Shown: positions 1-10,663 of the stretch, one piece after another
How positions within the stretch are numbered: the stretch's first letter is position 1
Layout: each line of letters begins with the position of its first letter
DNA from: Flavobacteriaceae bacterium
GTDB taxonomy: Bacteria; Bacteroidota; Bacteroidia; Flavobacteriales; Flavobacteriaceae
Assembly: GCA_965224465.1 (NCBI GenBank)
Contig: OZ245049.1
Coordinates: forward strand, 4,260,001-4,292,000
Direction: 5' to 3'
Length of the DNA stretch: 32,000 nucleotides
Program-made: the position numbers and the translations under genes
Notes under the pieces: model-generated
Database searches by the model: none
What the model saw: the letters and a program-made list of their open reading frames with translations, nothing else
What the model was told of the DNA's origin: nothing

Positions 1-561
1 TCCTCCTTTAAAAGGAGTGTTAATAGTTACTTGGGCAAGATCTATAGCTGCTTGGTTTGCCAATAAGGCATGTCCATCAATACGGCGTATGGCAATAGGA
101 GTGTTCGGAAATAGTTTGTCTAACTTTTCTTTTGTTGGGTATTCCTTGATCTTCCAATCATTTTGATCCCATCCATGACCTGTGATATAAACTACATTTT
201 TATCTTTTTGAAAATTGACGATGCGTTCAATTACTTCGTCAAAACTTTTAGTGCCTACTAAGTTTACTTTTTGCTTGGAGAGCCCCAGTCCTAAAAAATG
301 ACAATGAGCATCTATAAACCCTGGTACGATGGTTTTTCCTTCTGCATCATTAATATATTCAGGTCTGTATTTAGCTTGAATTTCTAAATTACTTCCAATT
401 GCGACAATTCGTCCATCTTTGATAGCCATGGATTGAACCACATCGAAATTATCGTTAACCGTATAAATGTTTGCATTGATAATGATGGTATCTACTGCGG
501 ATTTTAATTCACAAGAAAGTAAAAGAATACTGCTAGCAATTAATATTAAGTACGTTTTCAT
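1..561 (-). CDS. amidohydrolase-family (YtcJ-like) metal-dependent hydrolase, N-terminal 187 codons; the 3' end lies beyond the window
   Basis: Open minus-strand frame from ATG at 559-561 to the window edge. It has a signal/lipoprotein-like N-terminus (MKTYLILIASSILLLSC), then INANIYTV...DGRIVAIG...GKTIVPGFIDAHCHF, the typical amidohydrolase N-terminal metal-binding HxH region. Absent from the ORF track because no stop falls in the window. Confidence 0.7.
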   Translation of the reverse strand, partial: MKTYLILIASSILLLSCELKSAVDTIIINANIYTVNDNFDVVQSMAIKDGRIVAIGSNLEIQAKYRPEYINDAEGKTIVPGFIDAHCHFLGLGLSKQKVNLVGTKSFDEVIERIVNFQKDKNVVYITGHGWDQNDWKIKEYPTKEKLDKLFPNTPIAIRRIDGHALLANQAAIDLAQVTINTPFKGG

Positions 562-840
562 GTTGGTTTTATAGAGGTCAAATGTTGATTTTGATGAATG
601 TTCAAAAATACAAAAAAGGAGTGTAATAAGATAGTTTTGTCTTGGAATACCAAAACATTTCCATTGATGGTTTACAAATGAAATTACTTTGTTGAATTAT
701 GGAGGAGTGTTTATTACACAGAAAAATTCGCGCAGATTTTAATCTTAAATCTACGCGAATCGTTATTGTGTATTTTTAGTATAGAAGTAAATTCTCACTT
801 GTTTGTCATGTGTTTTCTATATGTATTATTTAAAAATAGA

Positions 841-2253
841 TCAGTCCAAATGCTGATCTAACAAATAGATAAGTGAAGTCATGGCTGCCGTTCCTAATTG
901 AAGCTCTCGTTTGTTTACTTTATCAAAAGTATCGTTTGCAGAATGGTGGTAATCAAAATAGCGTTGTGAGTCTGGTAGATATCCCGTAAGAACAATAGAA
1001 TCAGATTTTAAAGGGGCAATATCTACTCCTGTATGTCCTTTTTCCCATTCGTGCAATCCATAAGGAGATAATAGTTTTTTCCAACTTTTAAACAATTCGA
1101 TTTTATCTATATTTCCGTCGTAACTAAAGCCTCTAGGGGTGTGTCCTCCAGCATCTGATTCTAGGGCTGCAACATGAATTTCTTTATTTTCTCTTGCTGC
1201 TTCTGCGTATCGTTTCCCTCCTCTATTTCCGTTTTCTTCATTCATAAAAAGAACCACTCTTATACTGTGTCTCGGTTGAATTTTATTTGTTTTAAAAATA
1301 CGTAAAACTTCAAGAGACTGTACAACTCCAGTTCCGTCATCGTGTGCTCCGTCTCCTAAGTCCCAAGAATCTAAATGCCCTCCAACGGTGATGTATTTGT
1401 CAGGGAATTGAGTGCCTTTTAATTCACCAATTACATTAAAAGAAGGAGCGTCTGGCAATGTTTTACACGATTGTTGAAAGTGAAATTTTAATTTAGGACT
1501 TGCTTTAAGAGCAGCACTTAATTCTTCGGAAGCCTTTGTACTAATGGCTGCAGCAGGGACACGTTGCTCTTTTGGTAAGTTTTTGTATCCCATAGAACCT
1601 GTATGTGGGAAATCGTCAATATTCCCTGTCATAGATCTAACAATTACGCCTAATGCTCCATAAGTCCCTACGGCATGAGCACCTGCCCATCGTTGGTCTA
1701 CACAACCTCCGTAGGCATGAAATGTATTGACGAGTGTTGGATCAAAAGGTCTGTTAAAAAACACGATTTTTCCTTTTAGTTTTTCTCCGTATTCTTTTAC
1801 CTGTTTAATGCTGTGTAGTTCTATAACCTCAGCAGTTATTCCGTTTTTAGGAGTAGCAACCGAGCCGCCTAATGCGCAAATTGCAACGGTTGTTTTGTTG
1901 TTTTTTGTGGTGAAAAAGGCAGTTTCTTGTGCGCCTCGTACCCAGTGTGGAACCATTATGGCTTGTAGCCAAACAGAATCAAATTGTTGTGTTTTCATTA
2001 ATTGCTCTCCCCATTGTACTGCTTTTTCTGCTTGTACAGAACCAGACAATCTATGTCCGATATTTTGAGTGAGATCTCTTAGCCAGTCATAGCCTTTACC
2101 ATCGCTTAAAGCAGTGTCAAAAATGGCTCTTATTACTGTCGAATCTTGAAGGTGCGTTTTTGAAGGACTGGTGTGGTCTTGTGATGTTGTGTTGTTGTGC
2201 TGACATGATGTGATTGTGGCAATTGAAATAAAAGCCAAAAGTAGTTTTTTCAT
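841..2253 (-). CDS. M28-family zinc aminopeptidase, secreted or lipoprotein
   Basis: 470-aa ORF with signal peptide and Cys (ATITSC). M28 metal-ligand motifs are present: GGHLDSWDLGDGAHDDGTG and LFMNEENG. Confidence 0.85.
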   Translation of the reverse strand: MKKLLLAFISIATITSCQHNNTTSQDHTSPSKTHLQDSTVIRAIFDTALSDGKGYDWLRDLTQNIGHRLSGSVQAEKAVQWGEQLMKTQQFDSVWLQAIMVPHWVRGAQETAFFTTKNNKTTVAICALGGSVATPKNGITAEVIELHSIKQVKEYGEKLKGKIVFFNRPFDPTLVNTFHAYGGCVDQRWAGAHAVGTYGALGVIVRSMTGNIDDFPHTGSMGYKNLPKEQRVPAAAISTKASEELSAALKASPKLKFHFQQSCKTLPDAPSFNVIGELKGTQFPDKYITVGGHLDSWDLGDGAHDDGTGVVQSLEVLRIFKTNKIQPRHSIRVVLFMNEENGNRGGKRYAEAARENKEIHVAALESDAGGHTPRGFSYDGNIDKIELFKSWKKLLSPYGLHEWEKGHTGVDIAPLKSDSIVLTGYLPDSQRYFDYHHSANDTFDKVNKRELQLGTAAMTSLIYLLDQHLD

Positions 2254-2282
2254 TTGTAGTTATTTGGAGGATAAATTTAGTC

Positions 2283-2326
2283 AAAAAAAACGAACCGTTA
2301 GAGAAAAATCTAAGGGTTCGTTTTTT
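2283..2326 (-). terminator. rho-independent terminator downstream of the beta-barrel gene
   Basis: Stem CGAACC (2291-2296) pairs with GGTTCG (2315-2320). It is flanked by an A-run and a T-run, so it reads as a hairpin plus U-tract on the minus strand. Confidence 0.6.
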
Positions 2327-2352
2327 ATCTTTTAAAAAAGGTGAAGCTGTAT

Positions 2353-4074
2353 TTATAAATCGAATTTATAGGTGAGGCCTCCTAACAATTGAGTTCCTTG
2401 TACTTGGTAGTTTAAAAAACGTTGGTAGTGTGAATTGGTGATATTATTTGCTTTTATAAAAGCACTTAGTCTGTCAGAAAAAATATAGCCAATATTTAGA
2501 TTTACATCTACAAAACCGTCAATTTTGGTAGCAGTAATCAGACTCGGGTTTTTGCCAAAAGGAACCACAAAGTCTTTTTTAGAACTTTCGTAAAATAGTT
2601 TGGCACTACCAAACCATTTATTGTATTGGTAATTGGAAAATACAGAAGCTTTTAACGTAGGGGTGTTCCATACTTCACGAAGGTTTGTAGGGGTGTAGTT
2701 TGTGTAATCTACGGTTGCTCCAATGTTAATTTCTTTGGCCATTTTAACATTAATTTCTCCATTAAAACTAATACTTTTTACATCGTCATATACGACGTTA
2801 AAAGAGTTTTCTGCTCTGTAGATTTCTGCAATTTTTAAACTTCCGTTTGTTTGAATTCTATGGTGTATAAACTGGGCTTTGTTATTGGTTTTACTATAGG
2901 TTATTTTTCCTTGGTAGCTGATGTTAGATGCTAATTTTCCTTTTGCTCCAAGGTATCCATTGTATTTATTGTCCGTAGGTAAAATGTGTAATGTAGGAGA
3001 TATCCAAGGGTTTTTATTAGAAAATGTTTGGTAAGAATTTTGGGTTAAATCACCGGTAAGTCCCCCTATTAATATAAAAGTATCGTCAAGTACTCGCAAT
3101 GAAGCCGTAATGTTTGGGTAGGCATAGAAGGTGTTTTCTTTTTCTTCTAAATTCATACTGTAATATGTTTTTACTCCTATATTAAAGGTCAAGTCGTCAC
3201 GTCTTATTTCAAAATTCGGATTGATTCCTAAGTTTACAAAACGGTGTTTAACTTTAGGAATACTGGCATATCCTTGTTTGAATTTTCCAGAAAGCATTTC
3301 GATAGAAATCACTGTATTTATGAGTTCCGTTGAAATAGGTAATTCAAGGGTTGGTTTTATAAGTAGGTGTATTTCGCTGCTATCAAAGGCATCTGATAAA
3401 TTAGAGATTTGTACATTGGTATTTGTCAGAAAGGAGTCGTAAAAGTTAATATTTCCTCCAGCGGATAAGGTATTGAATGTTTGTGTTATATCTAGGGTGT
3501 CAAAAAAGCCAGGTTCAAAATTTACGTTTTTTGGAATTCCATAAAAGTTTTGTTGTTTTCGTTGGTATCCAGCAGTTACTTTCCAATCGAAATCCCTGTC
3601 AGATTGTTTGTAGTACAAAGAGATGGCACTGTTAGAAAATTTAGTATCTAGCAGGGCATTTTTAACTCCGTTTTTTGAGGAGTAATGGTTTAGAAACAAT
3701 CCGAAATCATTGTCTCTGTTGCTTTGGCTGTGGATATACGCCTCAAGCATTGGGCTGGTGTAATTTCCAAATCCTGCAGAAACATAATTATTGTAAAATT
3801 TTGCTTGAGGTTCTCTGACTATATTTTTAGCTTTTCCTTTGCTTGGTGTAAATGTAGAAGCAACGGGGAAAGAGAAAATTTGATAATTAACGGTGTGCTT
3901 TTTTATGGAGTCTGATGCCTTCAGCTTCGGGTTGCTCTTTATTTTAAAAGCATCGGAAACGGTGGGTTTATATGATTTTATGATGGTAATTTCTTGGGTG
4001 TGTAGCGTGTCTTTTTTTTGTGCTAGTACTACGCTAGAACTTATAAAAATGAGGCTAACAAATAGATTTTTCAT
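2353..4074 (-). CDS. outer-membrane beta-barrel protein of unknown function
   Basis: ORF 2353..4140. The likely true start is the internal MKNLFVSLIFISSSVVLAQ signal peptide at 4074, which avoids overlap with the upstream TPR gene. Alternating beta-strand pattern throughout, and a C-terminal LGGLTYKFDL typical of OM barrels. No plug domain is visible. Confidence 0.6.
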   Translation of the reverse strand: MKNLFVSLIFISSSVVLAQKKDTLHTQEITIIKSYKPTVSDAFKIKSNPKLKASDSIKKHTVNYQIFSFPVASTFTPSKGKAKNIVREPQAKFYNNYVSAGFGNYTSPMLEAYIHSQSNRDNDFGLFLNHYSSKNGVKNALLDTKFSNSAISLYYKQSDRDFDWKVTAGYQRKQQNFYGIPKNVNFEPGFFDTLDITQTFNTLSAGGNINFYDSFLTNTNVQISNLSDAFDSSEIHLLIKPTLELPISTELINTVISIEMLSGKFKQGYASIPKVKHRFVNLGINPNFEIRRDDLTFNIGVKTYYSMNLEEKENTFYAYPNITASLRVLDDTFILIGGLTGDLTQNSYQTFSNKNPWISPTLHILPTDNKYNGYLGAKGKLASNISYQGKITYSKTNNKAQFIHHRIQTNGSLKIAEIYRAENSFNVVYDDVKSISFNGEINVKMAKEINIGATVDYTNYTPTNLREVWNTPTLKASVFSNYQYNKWFGSAKLFYESSKKDFVVPFGKNPSLITATKIDGFVDVNLNIGYIFSDRLSAFIKANNITNSHYQRFLNYQVQGTQLLGGLTYKFDL

Positions 4075-4111
4075 CAATGGATAGTGAAATGATTTTCTGT
4101 TCAACATCATC

Positions 4112-7100
4112 TTAATTTTTAATAGTTTGTATAGATTCATTGGTTTTGGCAGCTTCTTTTTTTATAGCACTCAATGTATTTGTCGCTTCTTCAACGATGC
4201 TGTCGAATTCACTAAAATTTTTGATTACGCTTTGTAAAATGTAAGTCGCCTGATAGCTGTCGTTTAATTCGTGAAAGTTTTTTGCCATGATAATAAGACT
4301 TTTTCCTCCCCATGTACGATGCGAAGCATAGTTGGCTGCGATGTTTTTTATAGTCTTATTGGAGACGCGATAACTTCCATCTTGCGACTCAAATAATGCT
4401 TGGTAATACAGCGCTTCTGCCTTTAAAGATCCTGTAGCAATAATATTTAGTTTTTTGTAGGCTGTTCTTGCCTTTTCAAAATCATTGGTCTGGATGGCGG
4501 AACGTGCAATAATAATTTGTGCGTCTGATTTTATAGCGTTGTCTACAGATGTATTTTTTAAGATCAATTCGGCATAGCTTTCTGCTTTGTTGAAGTTTTT
4601 CAAGGTATAATAACCTTTCATTAAATTGCTTTGTGCAAAAATCTCATTGTCTGTAGCATTCGAAGACTCCTCTAAGTTTAGTAATAGCGGCATGGCTTTT
4701 TTCCAGTTTTCTTTTTTGATGTAAATAGAAGACAATTGGTATAAACTTTTTTCTGTGTAAATGTTGGTGTTAAGAGCCAAAACGGTTTCGAAGTAAGGTA
4801 TTGATTGCGGGTATTTTTTTTGATTGTACAATGTTTGTGCTAAGAAATAATTTGCTTTTAAGCGATGGCTTCCTTTCGGAAAGCGTTGCAAGTATTTTTT
4901 TAAACTTCCAATTGCTCTGTGCGTGTTTTGTTGCATGTATTGTTTTTCAGCAACTTCAAAAGTGTCATTGTCTAGCTCTTGGTCGGTTACGTTTATAAAG
5001 TCGAGTGTTTTGACCCAAGCGGCATAACTGTCCACATCGCCCATGTCTATGTATATCTTACGAGCATTTTTAACCGATTCTTGTGCTTCGGCTGTATTCG
5101 GGTAATTATGAACTATTTGTTTGTAGATGCCTAATGCCTTAGAATTTTGGTTTGTATTGTAATAGATAATTCCTTTTTTTAAGAGGCTTTTTATAACAAA
5201 AGTACTTTTTTTATGTGTTTCAATCAATCGGTTATAGCTTTGCAATGCTTTGTTAGATTGTCCTTTGTTCATATAGGTGTTTCCTAATATATACATAGCA
5301 TCATCATGTAAACGAGATTTTTTATGTTGTTTTAGAAATTGTTGTAATGCTGCAATTTTTTGTTTGTTTTTCCCAAGGTATCCATAGCTAACAGCTTGTT
5401 GGAATTCGGCATAAGCTCTTTGTTTGGTTTTGTTATTTAGCGCTTTTTCGTACATAGAAATGGCTGCACTGTATCGGCTTAGGGCAAAATCACAATCCCC
5501 AATACGAAGATAGCTATCATTGAGTAATTCAGTGGTTTTGTTTTCTTGGTTTACATACTGTTTAAAAGTGATGAAGGCATTGCTGTAATCTTGCAGTTTA
5601 AAATAGGTGTATCCTAAATTATAATGAATCAAGTTTTCTTCTTCCAATCCTGATGTGTGAATGGATTTTTCAAATATCAGAAAATTACTTTTTGCGTTTA
5701 GGAAATCACCCAATCTAAAAGAGCATTCTCCTAACCAGTAGTTCGCTCTTAGTCGATGGCTGTTGTTTCGCGATTCTTCAGTTACAGTTTTAAAATCTGT
5801 TGCTGCGGTTTCGTATTTTTTTGCACTGAATAATTGAAGACCTCTAAAAAAATGTGCTTCTGACATCATTTTTTTACTATTTGGGTCTTTTTTGTGTTTT
5901 AGGTAGTGAATTACTCCATCAAAATCATTACTGGTCATAAAAGCATTCACAACCAATTGATGTATTTCAGAGAAAGCTTTTGATTTTGGATATTGTTTTA
6001 AATAGTTTTGAAGTACGTTGGGTACAGGTAGATAAGGATTTCCTATTTCGTAACTCAGTTTTGCGTAATTTAGCCAAGCATCTTTTTGGATAGCGGGATC
6101 AAAATCCATTTCGCTTGCATTTTTAAAAGCATTTAAAGCCTCCGATTTTTGCTCTTGATTTAAGTAGCATTTTGCTAAATGATAATAAGCATTTTGTGAA
6201 ACGGCATTGTCTCCATCGATTATTTTATTGAAATAAGAAATGGCTTCAGAGTATTCTTGTTGTTTGTAATGGGCATATCCTAGAAAATAGTAATCCGTAT
6301 TATTCCATTTACCTCCTTTTCCTTTGTAATTTTTTAAATGAGGAATGGCTTTTGCATATTTTTCTAAATTAAAGTAGCTTTCACCTAAGATTTTGGATAT
6401 TTCCGAATGTTCTTTCTTGGTTGCTTTTCCTAGGAGCGGTTCCGCTTTGTTTATAGCTAATTGGAATTTTCCAAGCTTAAAATTCATGTCGGCGAGGTAA
6501 TAGGAAACCTCTTTTTTATAGGATTCATCCTTAGAAACTTCCCCTAAATATTTATCGGCAGTTTTATAGTCATCGTTTTTGTATGCCATATATCCATAGT
6601 AATATTTGGACTGAGAACCGTATTTTTTAGAATTTAATAGTTTTCCGAAATACTGTTTAGAATTTGCATAATCTTTTCTGATAAATAAGGCATATCCATA
6701 GTTGAAATTATAAGTATCCAAGGAGCTTCCGCTTAAATTATCGGTACTTGCTTTTTCATACCATTTAAGGGCGTAGCTGTATTTACCTTTCTTAAAATAA
6801 TGATTGGCTACATCCATAAAAGCATCATTTCTTTTGGTGCTTGTAGGGTATTTGTCTACAAAGTTCTGCATTAACTTATCGGCATTTCTGTTTCCTAATT
6901 GCACAGCGCAATTGGCAATGTAATAGGAGCAATTTGCCCTGAGTTCAGAGTCTGGCTCAAAAGAATTTTGGATAGACGAAAATTCATACTGAGCAGCAAC
7001 ATAGGCGTTGTTTTGGAATAATTCCAAGGCATGATTGTATGATTGGAGCTCATTTGTCTTAATTATAGTTTCTTGCGAATAACTATTTGAAATTAAACAA

Positions 7101-7138
7101 GTGAGTGCCAATGTAATTACTAATTTAAAATGTTTCAT
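4112..7138 (-). CDS. large tetratricopeptide-repeat (TPR) protein with signal peptide
   Basis: 1008-aa ORF with an N-terminal signal peptide. TPR-like helical repeats (A..YY.G..Y...(D/N)Y..A...F) recur along the whole length. Confidence 0.75.
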   Translation of the reverse strand: MKHFKLVITLALTCLISNSYSQETIIKTNELQSYNHALELFQNNAYVAAQYEFSSIQNSFEPDSELRANCSYYIANCAVQLGNRNADKLMQNFVDKYPTSTKRNDAFMDVANHYFKKGKYSYALKWYEKASTDNLSGSSLDTYNFNYGYALFIRKDYANSKQYFGKLLNSKKYGSQSKYYYGYMAYKNDDYKTADKYLGEVSKDESYKKEVSYYLADMNFKLGKFQLAINKAEPLLGKATKKEHSEISKILGESYFNLEKYAKAIPHLKNYKGKGGKWNNTDYYFLGYAHYKQQEYSEAISYFNKIIDGDNAVSQNAYYHLAKCYLNQEQKSEALNAFKNASEMDFDPAIQKDAWLNYAKLSYEIGNPYLPVPNVLQNYLKQYPKSKAFSEIHQLVVNAFMTSNDFDGVIHYLKHKKDPNSKKMMSEAHFFRGLQLFSAKKYETAATDFKTVTEESRNNSHRLRANYWLGECSFRLGDFLNAKSNFLIFEKSIHTSGLEEENLIHYNLGYTYFKLQDYSNAFITFKQYVNQENKTTELLNDSYLRIGDCDFALSRYSAAISMYEKALNNKTKQRAYAEFQQAVSYGYLGKNKQKIAALQQFLKQHKKSRLHDDAMYILGNTYMNKGQSNKALQSYNRLIETHKKSTFVIKSLLKKGIIYYNTNQNSKALGIYKQIVHNYPNTAEAQESVKNARKIYIDMGDVDSYAAWVKTLDFINVTDQELDNDTFEVAEKQYMQQNTHRAIGSLKKYLQRFPKGSHRLKANYFLAQTLYNQKKYPQSIPYFETVLALNTNIYTEKSLYQLSSIYIKKENWKKAMPLLLNLEESSNATDNEIFAQSNLMKGYYTLKNFNKAESYAELILKNTSVDNAIKSDAQIIIARSAIQTNDFEKARTAYKKLNIIATGSLKAEALYYQALFESQDGSYRVSNKTIKNIAANYASHRTWGGKSLIIMAKNFHELNDSYQATYILQSVIKNFSEFDSIVEEATNTLSAIKKEAAKTNESIQTIKN

Positions 7139-7318
7139 TCGGATATTAATTAGCGCTAAAGAATAAATGGTTTATCAATAATAACGCTTTTTTTTCTCAA
7201 AATTGCATAATCAACTCATAAAATTGATAAAAATCGTCTTATTTTATAGGAATTGGAGTGTGAAAATATATTTTGTTGAAGTGTATGAATTTGTTATGTT
7301 TGTAGGAAACAATATACG

Positions 7319-7996
7319 ATGTCTCAGACCATATTAGATTTGAATAATTGTGCCATTTATCAAAGAGATAACTTGGTGCTTTCCAATGTGAATTTACATA
7401 TAAATAAAGGTGAATTTATTTACCTAATAGGGAAGACAGGAAGTGGTAAAAGTAGCTTAATGAAAACACTTTATGGAGATTTGCCTTTGCAGGAAGGTAA
7501 AGGACGTATTGTTGATTTTGATTTGACAAAGCTCAAAGAAAAAGAGATTCCTTATTTAAGAAGGAAAATAGGTGTTGTTTTTCAGGACTTTAAGTTATTG
7601 AATGACCGGACTGTTTTTAATAATTTGTTGTTTGTATTGAAAGCAACAGGTTGGAAAGATAAGGTAAAAATGAAATCTAAGATCGATGAAGTATTGGCGA
7701 AAGTAGGTTTAGATGCTAAGGGATTTAAGATGCCTTTTGAGTTGTCTGGTGGAGAGCAACAACGGGTAGCTATTGCAAGAGCTTTGCTAAATGATCCAGA
7801 ATTGATTTTGGCAGATGAGCCAACAGGAAATTTAGATCCAGCAACTTCAATGACGGTTATGAAGGTTTTAAAAGAAATTCATGCCAGTGGTAAAACCATT
7901 CTAATGGCCACCCATGATTATGCATTGATTTTAAAATACCCGTATAAAACGTTGAAATGTGAGGGTGGCGAATTGTTTGAAGTGGTAAAACGTTAG
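7319..7996 (+). CDS. ftsE: cell-division ABC ATPase FtsE-like
   Basis: 225 aa with Walker [13 protein letters not shown] signature [15 protein letters not shown] and Walker [13 protein letters not shown]. Size and absence of a fused permease fit FtsE. Confidence 0.75.
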   Translation: MSQTILDLNNCAIYQRDNLVLSNVNLHINKGEFIYLIGKTGSGKSSLMKTLYGDLPLQEGKGRIVDFDLTKLKEKEIPYLRRKIGVVFQDFKLLNDRTVFNNLLFVLKATGWKDKVKMKSKIDEVLAKVGLDAKGFKMPFELSGGEQQRVAIARALLNDPELILADEPTGNLDPATSMTVMKVLKEIHASGKTILMATHDYALILKYPYKTLKCEGGELFEVVKR

Positions 7997-8229
7997 TTTT
8001 TTGACGTATCTTTTTTTGTTAAGTAATAGATGTTTAAAAATAAGATAAACATATTGGTAATTATAACAGGCCAAGAAGTGGCGAGCATAAATCCATAAGC
8101 AACAAATAGTATGGCGCCTATGGAGTTGATAATTCTAAGGTGGTTTACATTTTTACGGGTAAACGAAACAATCAGTATTAGTGAAGCTAAGTACCCTACC
8201 CATTCTGTATAAGAAATTCCTATGATCAT
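7993..8229 (-). CDS. small three-TM membrane protein of unknown function
   Basis: 78-aa ORF with three hydrophobic segments. It converges on ftsE with a 4-nt overlap. Confidence 0.5.
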   Translation of the reverse strand: MIIGISYTEWVGYLASLILIVSFTRKNVNHLRIINSIGAILFVAYGFMLATSWPVIITNMFILFLNIYYLTKKDTSKN

Positions 8230-8303
8230 ATCTTTTTATTTTTTGATTAGCAGTCAAATATAATAGAAAGTTTCAATGGAGAGTAAAAATGTGAATAACT
8301 TGT

Positions 8304-8528
8304 TTATTGTTGACTTAGTTTCATTGTTTTGTATAATTCTTGAACTTCGTTTTTTGCCCAACTGGTTCTTCTTAAAAAAGTTAAGCTAGACCCTATGGAA
8401 GGATTGCTTTTAAAACAGCCAATAGGTATTTTATAAGCCATGTGTTCCCATCCGTAATATTTTTCTAATTCCTTGAGCATGTCTACTAATTTGACCCCAT
8501 GTCCTGGGTTGTTTTTTTGTGTTTCCAT
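8304..8528 (-). CDS. small DUF2132/VF530-like protein
   Basis: 74-aa ORF. The GVKLVDMLKELEKYYGWEHMA...FLRRTSWAKNEVQELY pattern is recalled from the VF530 family. It is tightly coupled to the upstream HAD gene by a 1-nt gap. Confidence 0.5.
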   Translation of the reverse strand: METQKNNPGHGVKLVDMLKELEKYYGWEHMAYKIPIGCFKSNPSIGSSLTFLRRTSWAKNEVQELYKTMKLSQQ

Positions 8529-8529
8529 T

Positions 8530-9333
8530 TTAGAATAATTCTTTGAGGGCTTTTGCTACGCCATCGTTTTTATTAGTATCTGTTACCATGTTTGCAATTT
8601 CAAGCACTTGCGTTTGTGCATTGGCTACTGCAATACCCATTCCTACTGCTTCTAGCATTTCAATATCGTTAAAATTATCACCAAATGCAATAATTTCTTC
8701 CATGTTAATAGTACTGTATGTATGTGTTAGCAATACCTCTATAGCTGTTTTTTTAGAAATTGATTTGTGTGATATCTCTATATATGTAGGTTTGGAGCGG
8801 TACAAATGGACGTCGTCGGAATGATTTTTTTCTAAGTATTTGTAGAGCATATCAATCTCGTTTTCATCTCCCATACACATTATTTTATGAGCTCCTTTTT
8901 TTTCTTGAGTCCATCTGTGTATGACGTCCTCAGTAGATTTTACAATAGGGCTGACCTTGGTGTTATTCTCTTCTCTTTTTGCCCAAAAATCCATACTAGG
9001 AACATACCATTCGTCATTAAAATACAAGCTCAAATGCACACTGTTTTCTTTGCATTGATCTGCTATATTTTGAATCATAGTCGGAGAAATGAATGTTGAA
9101 TGAATAATTTGGTCATTCGCAATCACTAAACCACCATTATAGGCAATTAAAGGTGTAGATTCATTCTTTAAATCTCTTTGTAAGTGCTGCATTGCTGATG
9201 GCATACGCGATGAAATTAAAACAAAAGGAATGTGTGAAACACGTTGCACTTGTGCAATGGTATTTTGTGATAATTCTCTGTTTGCATTTAATAATGTTCC
9301 ATCAATGTCTGAACAGATTAATTTGTAGGCCAT
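8530..9333 (-). CDS. Cof-type HAD-IIB phosphatase
   Basis: 267 aa with HAD motif I (SDIDGTLL) and motif IV (FGDNFNDIEML), plus a cap region of typical Cof size. Confidence 0.85.
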   Translation of the reverse strand: MAYKLICSDIDGTLLNANRELSQNTIAQVQRVSHIPFVLISSRMPSAMQHLQRDLKNESTPLIAYNGGLVIANDQIIHSTFISPTMIQNIADQCKENSVHLSLYFNDEWYVPSMDFWAKREENNTKVSPIVKSTEDVIHRWTQEKKGAHKIMCMGDENEIDMLYKYLEKNHSDDVHLYRSKPTYIEISHKSISKKTAIEVLLTHTYSTINMEEIIAFGDNFNDIEMLEAVGMGIAVANAQTQVLEIANMVTDTNKNDGVAKALKELF

Positions 9334-9391
9334 GTTGTAGGTTGCTTTTTTGCAAAAGTACGGGTTTTAATTTAGGCAAAGCTATTTTATA

Positions 9392-9552
9392 ATACCAAAT
9401 ACATTCCCAAGTAACGGTTTAGAAATGGAATTATTTTATGTTTTAGCTAGGCGAAAAGTCTAAGGATAGCCTTCGCTATCGTTTTATTTTTCAACAACGC
9501 TAGAACGTAAAAGAAACTATTTATATCGATTATTTTGGATTGTAATTGGTGT
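9392..9552 (+). mobile_element. MITE-like 161-bp element, copy 1
   Basis: Terminal inverted repeats ATACCAAATACA ... TGTAATTGGTGT. Internal hairpins TAGCTAGGC/GCCTTCGCTA and CTATCGTT/AACGCTAG. No coding capacity. Confidence 0.8.
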
Positions 9553-9553
9553 A

Positions 9554-9714
9554 ACACCAAATACATTTCCAGATGACGGTTTAGAAATGGAATTATTTTA
9601 TGTTTTAGCTAGGCGAAAAGTCTAAGGATAGCCTTCGCTATCGTTCTATTTTTCAACAACGCTAGAACGTAAAAGAAACTATTTATATCGATTATTTCGG
9701 ATTGTAATTGGTGT
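9554..9714 (+). mobile_element. MITE-like 161-bp element, copy 2, head-to-tail with copy 1
   Basis: Starts 1 nt after copy 1 ends and has the same length. It differs from copy 1 by only a handful of substitutions. Confidence 0.8.
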
Positions 9715-10165
9715 AAAAGGGTTCTACTAAGAATGTTATGAGTGATAGGTTTCAGGAAAACTATTCTTAATGTTTTTCTAAATAATTACTTTGTCAATGC
9801 CTTCAAAACATTTAATCCTGGGTCGATTCGGTAATTCCCCGAGGCTCTGCCTCGTGCCTTTGGGTAGCGGTTGTTGGTTAGTTAGAATGTTCTTGATGAT
9901 TTTCAAGATCTCATTCATATTCAGTATCATTATTTAGGATACTCAAAACAAAAGGCTGTATTCTGAAACAAAGATTACTAAATTAATTTGTTCCAAGAAA
10001 AGAGCGCCTTTGAAAATAACACAGAAATATATGTTCTAAAAGTCTGATTTTATTTCGTTAGAAGCCTGAGCGGAGTCGAGGGGGAAGGATTCGTTCCTTT
10101 AAATTTAACTGTAATTGAATATTTATATACTCCAAATTTATTCTTTTACACTAGGGGTTAACACA

Positions 10166-10663
10166 TCAGAACTCTCGTATTAAATAAAGTGCTGCACATG
10201 CACGAGCATCAGATAGTGCCTCGTGATGTTTGAGCTCAATATTATCTACCATGCAGCATTCATTGAGCTTTCCTGAAGGATATTTCTCGTTTGCTTTGCA
10301 TAATTTCATGGTGCATTCCCAACGATCTGCAATATTAAGAGAATCATAATCGAGGTGATGGGCTGCCATGGTATTCTTTAGTACGCTACGGTCGAAAGAT
10401 TCGTTATGAGCAACTATAATTTTTCCTTGCAAGCGTTTTTTGATTTCAGGATAAATAGCAGCAAATGATTGTGCATTTTGAGTGTCTCTTTGAGTAATTC
10501 CGTGAACTTGGGTATTCCGCCAGTTGTATTCGTTGTTTGGTGGTTTTATAAGGGTATGAAACTCTTCTGTTATTTTTCCGTTTTCTACGGTTACAATACC
10601 TACGGCGCAGGCAGAATTCCTGAATGCTGTGGCGGTTTCAAAGTCTATGGTTGTGAAATTCAT
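10166..10663 (-). CDS. DEDDh 3'-5' exonuclease (DnaQ / Pol III epsilon-like domain)
   Basis: 165 aa with Exo I TIDFETA, Exo II VAHNESFD and Exo III HHEALSDA. Confidence 0.85.
   Translation of the reverse strand: MNFTTIDFETATAFRNSACAVGIVTVENGKITEEFHTLIKPPNNEYNWRNTQVHGITQRDTQNAQSFAAIYPEIKKRLQGKIIVAHNESFDRSVLKNTMAAHHLDYDSLNIADRWECTMKLCKANEKYPSGKLNECCMVDNIELKHHEALSDARACAALYLIREF

Noticed and set aside
1727-2068. Antisense or overlapping short ORFs from the six-frame track. Examples are 1727-2068, 3221-3442, 3724-4084, 4801-4998, 8543-9392, 10469-10774, 12570-14077, 17046-18587 (minus or overlapping), 19530-21050, 24010-24204, 24963-26533 (minus) and 26863-27102
   Set aside because: All lie inside, and antisense or out of frame to, much longer ORFs with clear family motifs. 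Their low-complexity, hydrophobic or Cys-rich composition is typical of shadow ORFs in AT-rich DNA.
4112-7138. Possible identity of the 1008-aa TPR protein with the T9SS/gliding component SprE/PorW
   Set aside because: Only generic TPR repeats and a signal peptide are visible. There is no clear lipobox and no motif I can tie to PorW, so it is left as a generic TPR protein.
9392-9714. The tandem 161-bp repeats could be mistaken for a CRISPR or other array
   Set aside because: There are only two units, with 1-nt spacing and no unique spacers. The unit is far longer than CRISPR repeats, and the same unit occurs dispersed with TIRs, so it is a MITE dimer.
9690-9714. The MITE 3' end TTATTTTGG as an outward-facing Bacteroidota -7 promoter box (TAnnTTTG)
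   Set aside because: It is only a near match (TATTTTGG gives TTGG where TTTG is needed), and no convincing -33 element was found. This is not enough to call a promoter.
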